A stretch of 64,000 nucleotides of DNA from Sulfolobales archaeon (GTDB lineage Archaea; Thermoproteota; Thermoprotei_A; Sulfolobales; AG1), in NCBI GenBank assembly GCA_038867615.1, contig JAWBYA010000001.1:512001-576000 (forward strand). The letters are read 5' to 3'. The first letter of the stretch is position 1. The number at the start of each line of letters is the position of its first letter. The translations under genes were made by a program, and so were the position numbers. Under the pieces are notes generated by a model. That model made no database searches. It was not told the origin of the DNA and worked only from the letters and a program-made list of their open reading frames with translations. Shown in pieces: positions 38,163 through 48,763 of the stretch.

Positions 38163-39464
38163 TTGGCGATTTGTATGAGAGGCATAGCTAGAACAGTAAT
38201 GTTAGTATTGTTAATAGTGATCATAGTGGTTGCTGGGGCAGCATCCTATATGCTGCTAACACCCAAGCAGACCCCCAGAGTGGCTGAGGTTAAGGTGGGT
38301 ATAGTGCAGCCGCTCTCAGGATCCCTGAGCACTATTGGGAAGTATAACCTGTGGGGAGCCCAGTTCGCCGCAGAAGAGATCAACTCCAGAGGAGGTATCA
38401 AAAGCCTTGGGGGAGCCAATATAACGCTTGTGGTGGGGGATAGCGCTGGGGATCCCTCAACAGCTGCTAGAGAGACCGAGAGGCTTATAAGTGTTGAGAA
38501 CGTGGTCGCGGTTATAGGGGCTTATGCTAGCTCGAACACAAAGACCGTGAGCGAGGTTTGTGAGAGGCTCCAGACCCCGTGTCTCAATGGCGACTCGACA
38601 TCGCCTCTCCTGACTAGGAGGGGGCTTCAATGGTTCTTCAGAACCACCGGGGATGATGATCTGTTCTCCAAACAGCATGCAGAGTTCCTCAAATACCTCA
38701 ACACCGTTAAGCCAGGATCGATAAGCACTGTAGCTATACTCTATGAGGATACAGAGTTTGGAACAGCTACTGCAGAGGCTTGGAGGAAATATATGGCAGA
38801 GACAGGCTTCAGAGTAGTTGAGAGCATATCTTTTAGAACCGGGACACCCACGCTCGATACAGAGATCACTAGGCTTAAGGCAGCCAACCCCGACGTGCTC
38901 TTAGTAGCTGGGTATCTATCCGATGCTATACTTATTCAGAGAACCCTCAAGAGACTTGACTTCAACCCCAAGGTAGTGCTTGCACAGGATGCTGGGTATA
39001 TAAACCCAGCCTATATAAAGGAGGTAGGGCCTCTCGGATACTATGTCCTTAGCAGAGAGGTGTTCAACTGGGATCTCTTTGAAAAAGTACCGGCTCTCAA
39101 GGATGTTAACGAGAGATTCAAGGCTAAGTATGGAATAGATATGGATGGCAGCATAGTGAGGAACTATGTTGCTGTGTGGGTTCTCTACTACGCCTTAGAG
39201 GAGGCTGGGAAGAAGGCCAGCCCCTCGGATCTTGGGGCCTTTAGATCCGCCCTCAGGGATGCCTTGAGAGGCCTTGATATAGGTAAGGGTGTGCTCCCAG
39301 TCCCCTGGGATGGTGTTAAGTTTGACAGTACTGGTCAGAACATAAAGGCTGGGGGGATAATTGTCCAGATGTTCCCCGATGGTAAGTATTACACGGTATG
39401 GCCTAGGGAGTACGCGACGAGAGATCCTATATTCCCGATGCCCAAGTGGTCTGAGAGATCCTAG
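38163..39464 (+). CDS. Branched-chain amino acid-type ABC substrate-binding protein
   Basis: N-terminal TM helix; PLSG, INSRGGIKSLGG, IGAYASS, WFFRT. Confidence 0.88.
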   Translation: MAICMRGIARTVMLVLLIVIIVVAGAASYMLLTPKQTPRVAEVKVGIVQPLSGSLSTIGKYNLWGAQFAAEEINSRGGIKSLGGANITLVVGDSAGDPSTAARETERLISVENVVAVIGAYASSNTKTVSEVCERLQTPCLNGDSTSPLLTRRGLQWFFRTTGDDDLFSKQHAEFLKYLNTVKPGSISTVAILYEDTEFGTATAEAWRKYMAETGFRVVESISFRTGTPTLDTEITRLKAANPDVLLVAGYLSDAILIQRTLKRLDFNPKVVLAQDAGYINPAYIKEVGPLGYYVLSREVFNWDLFEKVPALKDVNERFKAKYGIDMDGSIVRNYVAVWVLYYALEEAGKKASPSDLGAFRSALRDALRGLDIGKGVLPVPWDGVKFDSTGQNIKAGGIIVQMFPDGKYYTVWPREYATRDPIFPMPKWSERS

Positions 39465-39478
39465 GACGGGGTGGTTTT

Positions 39479-40351
39479 TTGTCAACACCCTCTGAATCTA
39501 TCATAGCCCAGGTTATAGTTGACGGGATCCTTACTGGCAGCTTATATGCTCTCATAGCTATAGGGCTGGCGATGATCTGGGGTATTGTTGAGGTTATAAA
39601 CTTCGCCCACGGCGAGTTCCTCATGATCTCGGCTTTTCTAGCATATTTCCTCTACATATATCTAGGCGTGGATCCTCTCCTCTCAATACCCCTAGCCTTC
39701 GCAACATCATTTATGCTCGGCTATGCTGTTCAGAAAGGGATTATAAACAGAATACTCGAGGCTCCCTTCCTTTCACAGATATTCGCAACATTCGCCCTCG
39801 TCCTCATAATGAGGAACGGCTTTTTCGTAGCCCTCGGCCCCGATATAAGGTCTGTGCATGTCTGGTACTCAGAAGCCGTTCTGGATCTCTTTGGCATTAG
39901 GGTGAGCGTTGTGAAGCTACTGGCAGCCTTTATCTTCATAGCAGCAACTATATTTCTCCACATGTTTCTCACAAGAACATATCTTGGTACCGCGATGAGG
40001 GCTATCTCTCAGGATAGGGTTGCGGCAGCCCTCATGGGTGTTGATGTTAAGAAGGTATATGCTATAGCCTTTGGTATTGGTGCTGGGCTGGCTGGTATTG
40101 GTGGTGCTCTCCTAGTGTCTTTCTACTATATATTCCCCGAGATGGGGATACCTTTCACGCTGATAGCATTCATCTCGGTAGTCCTAGGGGGTTTTGGAAA
40201 CATATTGGGGCCTGCTATTGGTGCTATTATAATAGGCTTGACACAATCCATTGGAGCAATAGCCATAGACCCCAGTATGAAGGATATCCTGGTATATCTA
40301 TTATTCCTAGCCATACTCCTCATAAAACCCACAGGGATTATCTCTAGGTGA
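39479..40351 (+). CDS. livH: Branched-chain ABC permease
   Basis: YALIAIGL..IWG..INFAHGEF, GTAMRA, VVLGGFG. Confidence 0.9.
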   Translation: MSTPSESIIAQVIVDGILTGSLYALIAIGLAMIWGIVEVINFAHGEFLMISAFLAYFLYIYLGVDPLLSIPLAFATSFMLGYAVQKGIINRILEAPFLSQIFATFALVLIMRNGFFVALGPDIRSVHVWYSEAVLDLFGIRVSVVKLLAAFIFIAATIFLHMFLTRTYLGTAMRAISQDRVAAALMGVDVKKVYAIAFGIGAGLAGIGGALLVSFYYIFPEMGIPFTLIAFISVVLGGFGNILGPAIGAIIIGLTQSIGAIAIDPSMKDILVYLLFLAILLIKPTGIISR

Positions 40352-40357
40352 TGAGAT

Positions 40358-41332
40358 ATGAGGAGAGGCTCTCCCAACCTCGACCTATGGGTTGTTGTGG
40401 TTGCTATAGCAGCTCTAGCCCTGCTACCGATTCTCTATAATAACTATTTCTTCATAAACGCCCTTTTCCTAGCATCTATATATATGATCGCATCCACAGC
40501 GTGGAACATAATGGGGGGCTATGCAGGTCTCGTGAGCTTCGGGCACGCTGCCTTCTTCGGGATAGGCGCCTATACCCTAGCACTCACATACAACGCAGGA
40601 CTCGTACCATGGCTGGGATTACCTGTGGCTGGGTTTGTCTCAGCTCTATTCGCACTAGCAATAGCCCCTCCCCTGCTGAGGCTAAAGGGGCACTGGTTTG
40701 CTCTGGCAACAATAGCTGTTAGCGAGGCTCTCAAGCTGTTTTTCAATAACTGGGCATATGTTGGGGGTGCGAGGGGTATCGAGCTTGCTAGGAGGGAGTA
40801 TTCGTTAGAATGGATCTATTTTGTTGGGCCTATCAACTATAACTATATAGCCCTAGCTATAACAGCGATCAGCATGGTATCAATGATGATTATTATGAGG
40901 AGCAGGGTTGGCTATTATCTCCAGAGCGTAAGGGAGAGTGAAGAGACGGCTATGTCTGTGGGGATAGATCCCTTCAGGTATAAGGCTATAGCTATGTTTG
41001 TGAGCGCCTTCTTCACAGGGGTTGCGGGGGCTCTCTATGCTCTTAGATATAGGTATGTAGATCCCTTCAGCACTATGGATCTATTCATATCGGTCCAGAT
41101 ATGCCTTATAGCAATAATAGGGGGTGTGTACAGCTTTGCAGGACCATTAATAGGAGCCCTAGCCATAGTCCCGGCGGCAGAGTATCTGAGGGCGATCATT
41201 GGTGGGGCTTATGGTGCTAGGTTCTTCGGCATACATCTACTGATCTACGGCATAGTGCTCCTAGCACTATCACTATACGCTCCTGGAGGCATTATGGAGG
41301 CTATTAAGAAGAGAGTGGGTGGGAGGGTATGA
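40358..41332 (+). CDS. livM: Branched-chain ABC permease
   Basis: WNIMGGYAGLVSFGHAAFFGIGAY, RLKGHWFALAT. Confidence 0.9.
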   Translation: MRRGSPNLDLWVVVVAIAALALLPILYNNYFFINALFLASIYMIASTAWNIMGGYAGLVSFGHAAFFGIGAYTLALTYNAGLVPWLGLPVAGFVSALFALAIAPPLLRLKGHWFALATIAVSEALKLFFNNWAYVGGARGIELARREYSLEWIYFVGPINYNYIALAITAISMVSMMIIMRSRVGYYLQSVRESEETAMSVGIDPFRYKAIAMFVSAFFTGVAGALYALRYRYVDPFSTMDLFISVQICLIAIIGGVYSFAGPLIGALAIVPAAEYLRAIIGGAYGARFFGIHLLIYGIVLLALSLYAPGGIMEAIKKRVGGRV

Positions 41333-42060
41333 AACCAATACTCGAGGTTAGGGGTGTTAGCAAGAGGTTCAAGGGCGTTGTTGCTCTAAATAACGTGAGC
41401 TTCGAGGTCTATGAGGGAGAGTTTGTGGGCATAATAGGTCCAAACGGCTCTGGAAAAACAACACTCTTTAACATAATATCAGGTTTTATAAAGCCCGATA
41501 GCGGCAGGATCATATACAGGGGTATGGATATAACGGGACGCCCACCCCATATGATAGCCAGACTGGGGGTGGCTAGGACATTCCAGATCATGAGGCCCCT
41601 CGAAGCCCTATCTGTTCTGGATAACGTTATAGTAGCAGCACTTCCTAGAAGCAGGGGTGTGGGGGAGGCTCGGAGGAGGGCTGAGGAGGTGTTGGAGCTT
41701 GTAGAGCTGGGGGATAAGATGGGTCTTGCCGCAAGGGATCTGAACTCGTCTGAGAAGAGGAGGCTTGAGCTGGCTAGAGCCTTGGCTGGGGATCCAAGGC
41801 TCTTGCTACTCGATGAGGTTCTTGCTGGCCTCAATGCTTCTGAGATCGATAGATCTCTCGATATACTGAGAAAGATCCATGGCTCTGGTGTAACGATACT
41901 GATGGTGGAGCATGTTATGAGGGCTGTTATGAGGGTTTCTAAGAGGATAGTGGTTCTTAACTATGGCAACAAGATAGCTGAGGGAGCTCCGGAGGAGGTC
42001 TCGAAGGATCCAAGGGTTATTGAGGCCTATTTAGGTAAGCCCGGCTCTATATCCTACTAG
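41329..42060 (+). CDS. livG: Branched-chain ABC ATPase
   Basis: GPNGSGKTT, ARTFQ, LLDEVLAGL, VIEAYLG. Confidence 0.92.
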   Translation: MKPILEVRGVSKRFKGVVALNNVSFEVYEGEFVGIIGPNGSGKTTLFNIISGFIKPDSGRIIYRGMDITGRPPHMIARLGVARTFQIMRPLEALSVLDNVIVAALPRSRGVGEARRRAEEVLELVELGDKMGLAARDLNSSEKRRLELARALAGDPRLLLLDEVLAGLNASEIDRSLDILRKIHGSGVTILMVEHVMRAVMRVSKRIVVLNYGNKIAEGAPEEVSKDPRVIEAYLGKPGSISY

Positions 42061-42783
42061 GTGGTGCATATGCCAAGCCTCTATGTAAGGTCGCTTGATG
42101 TTTTCTACGAGAAAGCCCATATTCTCAAAGGCGTAAGCATAGATGTTACTGAGGGCTCTATAACAGCCCTTATAGGGCCTAATGGTTCTGGGAAGACAAC
42201 CCTTTTGAAAACGATCTCAGGCCTTGTTAAGCCGGTGAGGGGGTCTATAGTCTATGATGATGTAGAGCTGGTGGGGAGAGAGCCCCACGAGATAGTCGAG
42301 ATCGGGATAATCCATGTTCCCGAGGGTAGAAGGCTCTTTCCCTACCTATCGGTTTACGAGAACCTCAAGCTCGGATCGTATAGCAGAAGGGCTAGGGGGA
42401 GGTTTAGAGAGAACCTAGAGAAAGTATTATCCATATTCCCACTGCTTAAAGACAGACTATGGCAGAAGGCGGGAACACTGAGCGGGGGTGAGCAGCAGAT
42501 GCTGGCTATAGCGAGGGCCTTGATGGCAGAGCCCAAGGTTCTATTGATAGATGAGCCAAGCCTAGGGTTAGCGCCAAAGATAGTAGATCTTGTTTATAAA
42601 CACATAGAGGAGCTCAGATCTAGGGAGAAGATCACAATGCTCATAGCCGAGCAGAACGCTATGAAAGCCTTCGAGGTCTCTGACCACGTCTATGTACTCG
42701 AGATAGGCAGGGTGATAAAATCCGGAAAACCCTCAGAACTAGCAGAAGATGAGGAGGTTAAAAAAGCATACCTAGGGATATAG
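42061..42783 (+). CDS. livF: Branched-chain ABC ATPase
   Basis: HVPEGRRLF, LSGGEQQMLAIARAL, DEPSLGLAP. Confidence 0.92.
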   Translation: MVHMPSLYVRSLDVFYEKAHILKGVSIDVTEGSITALIGPNGSGKTTLLKTISGLVKPVRGSIVYDDVELVGREPHEIVEIGIIHVPEGRRLFPYLSVYENLKLGSYSRRARGRFRENLEKVLSIFPLLKDRLWQKAGTLSGGEQQMLAIARALMAEPKVLLIDEPSLGLAPKIVDLVYKHIEELRSREKITMLIAEQNAMKAFEVSDHVYVLEIGRVIKSGKPSELAEDEEVKKAYLGI

Positions 42784-43077
42784 ATGCTCTACAAACATAG
42801 ACCAGCAATCATATCTACATAGCACCATAACCAACCCACAGATCAAGTTTATTAAAGGACTTGCTAGTAATTACAAAGGATTCTTTAACACATTATGTAA
42901 GAATAATAGATCGCCATGCACTCTCTCTAAGCTAAATCCCCACAAGCCTCTTGATAGCGATCCCACGCAGGGTGAGAGCTGTTTGTAGGAGAGACGGAAA
43001 TCCCATATAACGAGTATCAAAGGAAGATCAACTAGTATCTGAATATGGGTTATGTATGTGTATATATATACCTCTAG

Positions 43078-43554
43078 GTGATTATAACTGGTGATTGTTT
43101 GCCTATGAGTAGAATAGCCATAATAGCAGGTATTGTGGCAGTTATAGTTATCCTTACTATATACCTAGTCAGTCCCGGCTTGTTTGGCACCTACAGGGCG
43201 CCTCAGCAACCAGCCTCACCCACACCTACCACACCTATACCTACTAAGCCCACACCTGCTAGGGAGATAGAGGTTAAGCTCCGTGACAACTACTTCCAAC
43301 CCCGAACAATAACTATAAGCCTTAATGAAACCGTCAGGTTCGTGCTGAAGAATGAGGGGATGGTTGGCCATACCTTCACCATAGATGAGCTGGGGATCAA
43401 TGTAAGGTTAGCTCCTGGGGAGACAAAGACTGTGGAGATCGTGTTTAACAAGGCTGCAAGCTATACTTTCTACTGCATACCTCACAGAGGTATCGGCATG
43501 GTTGGGAATCTAACCATTGTAATGTCTACCCCTGCCCTTACCCCTAAGTATTAG
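43078..43554 (+). CDS. Membrane-anchored cupredoxin (type-1 blue copper protein)
   Basis: TM helix, Pro/Thr linker, GHTF and YCIPHRGIGM (His, Cys, His, Met ligands). Confidence 0.85.
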   Translation: MIITGDCLPMSRIAIIAGIVAVIVILTIYLVSPGLFGTYRAPQQPASPTPTTPIPTKPTPAREIEVKLRDNYFQPRTITISLNETVRFVLKNEGMVGHTFTIDELGINVRLAPGETKTVEIVFNKAASYTFYCIPHRGIGMVGNLTIVMSTPALTPKY

Positions 43555-43772
43555 ATACCCAAAACCTATAGATCCTTGGATCTTTTTTGAACCCCAAACT
43601 ATTTAGATAAGAACCCTTTCGCTGGGTCTGGGTGCTATTCATAGCTAGTAGAGATCCTTAAACATGTGAGCAGGCTGAAACCCGTGAGTAGGCATTTAGG
43701 AACGATGGTTGTTGGGTTTGAAGATCTGGTTTGGATGCTATGGTCTTTGTTTCTGGGGGTTTGTCCCTGTAT

Positions 43773-45440
43773 TTAGGATCGTGTTCTTCTCGTTTCTCTG
43801 GATGCTATGCTGTATAGGAGTCTTATGAGGATTATTATGACTGCCAGGGATCCTATTGTGAAGGCTGCGTGTCTTCTTATGAGTTCCGGGATTTCTTCGG
43901 GGTATTTTGATATTGCTTTGTTTGCTATGTATGTTTCAAGGATTATTCCGAAGGCTAGTAGGAGGAGTGTGAGGTTGAGTCCAAAGATGTTTGCTAGTTT
44001 TGCGTATTGTGTTGCGTTATTGATATGGGATCTATAGGATCTCCAGGCTATATATGGTATCGATACTAGTAGCACGATCCCCATTAGCACTATTACTATT
44101 ACCCCGTATGGGAGTAGCTCTCTTGGGAGGATCCAGAGGTTCTCGGCGGCTATGTCGAGAGCCACTGTAGCGAAGATCATTGCAACAATGCTGTAGATGA
44201 AGATAGAGAACCTCCCAGCCTGGCCGAAGATCACCTGCCTAGCCCTTGATACATAGCTCCTAGCGATCTCCTCGATCCTTTGTGGGACTAGCCTATGTAT
44301 AGCTCCCGCTATTTGTGCGTCGAATCTAGCAGCTATAGAGGATATCACTGCCGAGGAGAGTACCAAGTATATTGATAACAAGAGGTATAGAGAACCCAGG
44401 GACAGCATGCCATAGACATGGGAGGCTATTATGATCCCTAGCTCACTTATAGATGTCATATAAACCCCAACCCTGACAGCCTCCCTAGCCTCTATCCCCC
44501 AAATCCAGAGGGCTGTCGAGAACGCTGTGAATTTCACCACAATCACGGTGGGTATTATTAAGAGTAGCAGGGGTAACAGGGCCTCGGCAACAAGGCCGGA
44601 GCCTGCGAGAACCCCTCCCAGTGAGGAGAAATATAGGAGGAGCCCGAGCTCTCTCAAACCCATAAGCTGTGTAACAGCACCCCTGAGATCCACGGCTCTG
44701 CTGAGCGCAGCCCCAGCTATGAAGGCTCCGAGGAGCTGGCTTATCCCTGCAAGGCCGAAGACAACCCAGTAGAGGAGGGCTGCTGAGATTGCTATTATGG
44801 GGAGCATCTCAACGTCTCTCAATCTTTTCCCAAGGATCCTGAAGCCATAGATCCCTGCTATGAGCATTAGGGCTGCTATGAGCGCTATCCTGCCGGTTGA
44901 TACCACCACCCCCAAGGGATCCATGGCCTCGCTAACCATTACCAATAGTATTGCCAAGCCTCCGAGGGCAACCGTATCCTCTATAACGCTTGCCGAGAGT
45001 AGGAGGGATCTCACATCATCCCCAACCCTTCCCTGGATAGCCTTGTAGAGAATACCCGTCGATGTGTTGATCGCTATGAGGAATAGTACTAGGTGTTCAA
45101 GCCTGCTAAGGCCTAGAAAAGCGGAGATCAATCCTGTTAGGAGGTAGATTAGGAACATGGAGATGCTCTCAACAGCAAGGGCTTGTTTAATAGCACCCAT
45201 AGATCCTTTCCCACCGATCTCAGCACCTACCTCGAAGCCAAGGATAACCAGGCCCAGAGATGCTATCACAACACCCACATCCTGGGAAACCCCTATTATA
45301 GAACCAACCAAGCCGCCGAGGATATAGCCAACAATGCTGCTCAGCCCAGCCCTCCTGAGAATCATGGCTGCCGCTCCAGAGACAGAGATCACCACCAGCA
45401 GCGATGCCAGAGGATCTGTTAAGACGGCCATAACCCCCAT
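43773..45440 (-). CDS. Cation:proton antiporter (CPA2/Kef-like)
   Basis: SIVGYILGG, FEVGAE, TSTGI, VIED, LGAFIAG, SISELG; many TM segments. Confidence 0.85.
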   Translation of the reverse strand: MGVMAVLTDPLASLLVVISVSGAAAMILRRAGLSSIVGYILGGLVGSIIGVSQDVGVVIASLGLVILGFEVGAEIGGKGSMGAIKQALAVESISMFLIYLLTGLISAFLGLSRLEHLVLFLIAINTSTGILYKAIQGRVGDDVRSLLLSASVIEDTVALGGLAILLVMVSEAMDPLGVVVSTGRIALIAALMLIAGIYGFRILGKRLRDVEMLPIIAISAALLYWVVFGLAGISQLLGAFIAGAALSRAVDLRGAVTQLMGLRELGLLLYFSSLGGVLAGSGLVAEALLPLLLLIIPTVIVVKFTAFSTALWIWGIEAREAVRVGVYMTSISELGIIIASHVYGMLSLGSLYLLLSIYLVLSSAVISSIAARFDAQIAGAIHRLVPQRIEEIARSYVSRARQVIFGQAGRFSIFIYSIVAMIFATVALDIAAENLWILPRELLPYGVIVIVLMGIVLLVSIPYIAWRSYRSHINNATQYAKLANIFGLNLTLLLLAFGIILETYIANKAISKYPEEIPELIRRHAAFTIGSLAVIIILIRLLYSIASRETRRTRS

Positions 45441-45651
45441 AAATGTGGTTCTAAATAGCTATTATACCGGGTTTAGTGATATGGCTACACAAGGTCTTTT
45501 CCAACTCTACAGTACGACCAACAGTGATTTCACCGGGTTGGCAGGTGTCTGGAGATCCCCTGGGCTTCGAATATCAGCGATATTGATGAATAGACAGACC
45601 CCAATTCCCCTGGATCAGCAGTATCGATATGCTACCTGCTCTTAATAATTG

Positions 45652-47028
45652 CTAGGTTATTCTCCTGCGCTTGAAGATCCCCCAGGCTCCTCTCCTAGCC
45701 CTCTCGAGGGTCTCTAGGCTTAGCATTCTCCCCGAGAGGTATATGAGAACCGCGACCACGGCTCCCGAGACTGCTAGGTAGATGTAGATCTCGGGTCCTG
45801 GGCTGAGCCCTGAGAAAGCCATTCTCGAGTATAATATGGTACCGGTTAGCGGGTTTGTTAGGAGCAGCCATCCCGGCACCCTCTGTGGGTCTAGATAGAA
45901 TGCAGCTATAGCGAATATTATTATCGGTGGTGTGAGGCTTCCGGAGATCGTGTAGGCCATTCTGACATCGCTACTCATCCCACCTATTATTATGCCCAGT
46001 ACTCCTGCGAGGATTGTTACTTCTATGATATATATAGCTAGGATCGCGATTGATGAGAGGCTGGGCATCACGAGATCCACGATCCTTGCGACGCTATAGT
46101 TTCCTAGATGGATTCTCAGGAGATCCTGAACCTCTGCAGGGATTGGAGCACCTGTGATAGGAGTGCTGATCGTTATATTCACAGCCTGGGTACCGCCCCT
46201 AACACTCTCCATAATCATGTTCTGGTATATAATGAAACCGGTTACAAAGCCCAGCACGGAGAGACCCCCTATAATGGCTGAGGCCGTTAGTTTAGCCATC
46301 GTTATGCTCCACCTAGGTAGGGGCATTGAGAAGAGGATCTCGAGGGTCTTCTCCTCATTCTCGATAGCCATCGATGTAGCGCTATACTGGAGTATGAGGA
46401 ATATTATGATTGTGACTATTATTGGTATCATTAGTGCGGCAATTAGCAGGAACGCTATATCGCCAGGCCCTATACCCCCTATAATTGCTTTCCTCTCCTC
46501 AATATATGGGATATATGATGTTATGGAGGGGGCTATTATTGAGTTTGCGAGAGCGGCTAGATTCATGGCGCTGAGTAGATAGGTTCTCGAGGCTTCTGTA
46601 AGAGCTCTGGAGACCCGTTGTGTGACCTCTTCACCCATGGTTGTGGATGCGGAGAGCGTGTAGACCAGATATGCCGATACCCTGCCCCCGCTGAGAAGAT
46701 CCCTTATAGATGTGGCATTTATGATCAGAAGAGCATCGGCCTTCTCGGGGAAGCTACCCTTAGGAGCTATCTTTATATTGCTGAGGGCGAAGAAGTTGCT
46801 GAGTATCGATGAGAATGCATCTAGATCCGGGGATTGCCCTATATATTGAACCTCAACCGATAACTCCCTTGTAAAGGCCTCGACACTCTCTCGTAGTATT
46901 AGTGAGCTCTGTGCATATCCTAGTGCTGGGAATATTAGGAAGCTTATTAGGATTGGAACCCAGATCCTAGGGTCTCTTAGGAGATCCTTGACCTCCTTCT
47001 CTATTAGGGGTCTGAGCATAAAGCTCAC
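45652..47028 (-). CDS. ABC-2 exporter permease (NatB-like)
   Basis: KEVKDLLRDPR, ENEEKTLEILFSMP, AKL. Confidence 0.85.
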   Translation of the reverse strand: MSFMLRPLIEKEVKDLLRDPRIWVPILISFLIFPALGYAQSSLILRESVEAFTRELSVEVQYIGQSPDLDAFSSILSNFFALSNIKIAPKGSFPEKADALLIINATSIRDLLSGGRVSAYLVYTLSASTTMGEEVTQRVSRALTEASRTYLLSAMNLAALANSIIAPSITSYIPYIEERKAIIGGIGPGDIAFLLIAALMIPIIVTIIIFLILQYSATSMAIENEEKTLEILFSMPLPRWSITMAKLTASAIIGGLSVLGFVTGFIIYQNMIMESVRGGTQAVNITISTPITGAPIPAEVQDLLRIHLGNYSVARIVDLVMPSLSSIAILAIYIIEVTILAGVLGIIIGGMSSDVRMAYTISGSLTPPIIIFAIAAFYLDPQRVPGWLLLTNPLTGTILYSRMAFSGLSPGPEIYIYLAVSGAVVAVLIYLSGRMLSLETLERARRGAWGIFKRRRIT

Positions 47029-47759
47029 CTTGAGACAAGCTTGAGGAATGCTTCCTCGAGGTTCCTAGCACCCTGGCTTGCTATGATATCGCTCACACTC
47101 CCCTCAGCTATTATGTAACCCTTATCGATTATAGAGACCCTCTCACAGAGATCCTCAGCCTCCCCCATCTCGTGTGTTGATAGGAGTATCGTTGTCCTAT
47201 AGCTCTTTGAATAGCTCTTTATAGTTCTCCTTATCTCTGCCTTCTGCACGGGGTCGAGGCCTGCTGTCGGCTCGTCCAGGATCGCTACCTTGGGGAGGAT
47301 CATTAAAGCCCTCGCAACCTGGATCCTTCTCTTCATACCCTTGGAATACTGCTTCATAGGCCTCGCCAGATCCTTCTCCGACAACCCAGAGATCTTTATA
47401 CCCCTTTCAAGAACCTCCTCGGCCTCCCCACCCCTAAAATAGATCTTGGATACTATTGAGAGGTACTCAAGCCCAGATATGTTTCTATAGGTCCCAACCT
47501 CTTCAGGAAGATAGGATATGATCTCCCTAACCCTGCTAGCCTCCCTCACAACGTGGTATCCCTCTATATATGCATCCCCAGATGTTGGGAGAATCAGTGT
47601 TGAGAGGATCCTGAAAGTAGTTGTCTTACCAGCACCGTTGGGTCCTACGAGGCAATATATAGAGCCCCTATCGACCTTAAAAGAGATCCCGTTAAGGGCA
47701 CGCACAGACCCTCCATAGATCTTTACAAGCTTATCAACTATAACACTATGTTCACCCAT
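47025..47759 (-). CDS. ABC exporter ATPase (NatA-like)
   Basis: GPNGAGKTT, YSKGMKRR, LDEPTAGLD. Confidence 0.9.
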   Translation of the reverse strand: MGEHSVIVDKLVKIYGGSVRALNGISFKVDRGSIYCLVGPNGAGKTTTFRILSTLILPTSGDAYIEGYHVVREASRVREIISYLPEEVGTYRNISGLEYLSIVSKIYFRGGEAEEVLERGIKISGLSEKDLARPMKQYSKGMKRRIQVARALMILPKVAILDEPTAGLDPVQKAEIRRTIKSYSKSYRTTILLSTHEMGEAEDLCERVSIIDKGYIIAEGSVSDIIASQGARNLEEAFLKLVSR

Positions 47760-47964
47760 AAATACCCCGGGATATATCTTGCGGTGCGGTTTATTAATGT
47801 TAACAAGGCTTATTATCCAGTAGATCTTGTTTAAAGAGCCCTGCGAACACCAGATCTTATGAAGCTATAAAGATCCTCGTGTTCGGTGTGCATAGCGATC
47901 CACAGATCTACGGGCTATATGTTGATATTGCCGCATGGATTCCCATAGATCGCGGGTTTGGATC

Positions 47965-48726
47965 TTAGTGGTGTGTTGTCTCTCTCCTAGAGATCCTCTC
48001 ACTATCCCCCAGGATCCAGTATTCACCGCTCTCCCTCGATTCCAGCTTCCATATCCCTGTTGTGTGTTTAACCATCTCTATAGCTTCCCTCATCGCTTCG
48101 AGGGCTTCTTTTCTACCCCTGCTCTGGATCGCTATGATCATTGCGGGGTCGCCTGGTTTTAGATCGCCCTCCGCATGATAGATCCTTACGTAGCCCACAC
48201 CATGTTTCCTCTTAACCTCCTCAGAGATCTCGTGGAATCTCTTTATCGAGTATTCCCTGTGAACCTCGTAGTGGAGGCTGTCAACCCTCTCCCCATCGAC
48301 GGGGCTTTTCACAATCCCTATGTAGATTAGCAGGGCTCCAAGACCCTCTTCTCCAGCGTGTTTTCTTGCATCCTCTAGAATCGATTCTATGCTTGGCATC
48401 TTTCCTCCCAGCACTATCCCGTGATCGTCGCACCCGCCTGAGGCTGGTGGCAATAGATCCACTGTATCGCCGTTACCCAGCCTGTGCTCTAGGGGTGCGT
48501 AGAGCCCGTTGACGAGTGTTATTATCGAGGATAGTCTTTTCTCGAGGAAACTTCCTAGCTTGCTGTTCTTCCTACCAAGGATGTCTAATAGATCCCGGAT
48601 CGTGGCTCCCTCTGGGATCTCGATCTGATCTTTATCAGCCCCATAGAGATCCCTGAGGATCGCGTAGAACCTCACATTCACCTTCAAAGAATACCACCTG
48701 TATTTATAACCTCCAGCCCTTTTCAA
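47965..48726 (-). CDS. MoaD/SAMP-MoaE fusion (molybdopterin synthase)
   Basis: VRFYAILRD...VNG...LLPPASGG ubiquitin-like domain fused to a MoaE domain (GALLIYIGIVK, YEVH, IWKLE). True start is probably about 13-15 codons downstream. Confidence 0.88.
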   Translation of the reverse strand: MKRAGGYKYRWYSLKVNVRFYAILRDLYGADKDQIEIPEGATIRDLLDILGRKNSKLGSFLEKRLSSIITLVNGLYAPLEHRLGNGDTVDLLPPASGGCDDHGIVLGGKMPSIESILEDARKHAGEEGLGALLIYIGIVKSPVDGERVDSLHYEVHREYSIKRFHEISEEVKRKHGVGYVRIYHAEGDLKPGDPAMIIAIQSRGRKEALEAMREAIEMVKHTTGIWKLESRESGEYWILGDSERISRRETTHH

Positions 48727-48763
48727 TACCGCATCGAAGAGATCCTTCTATTTGTTATTAGAG

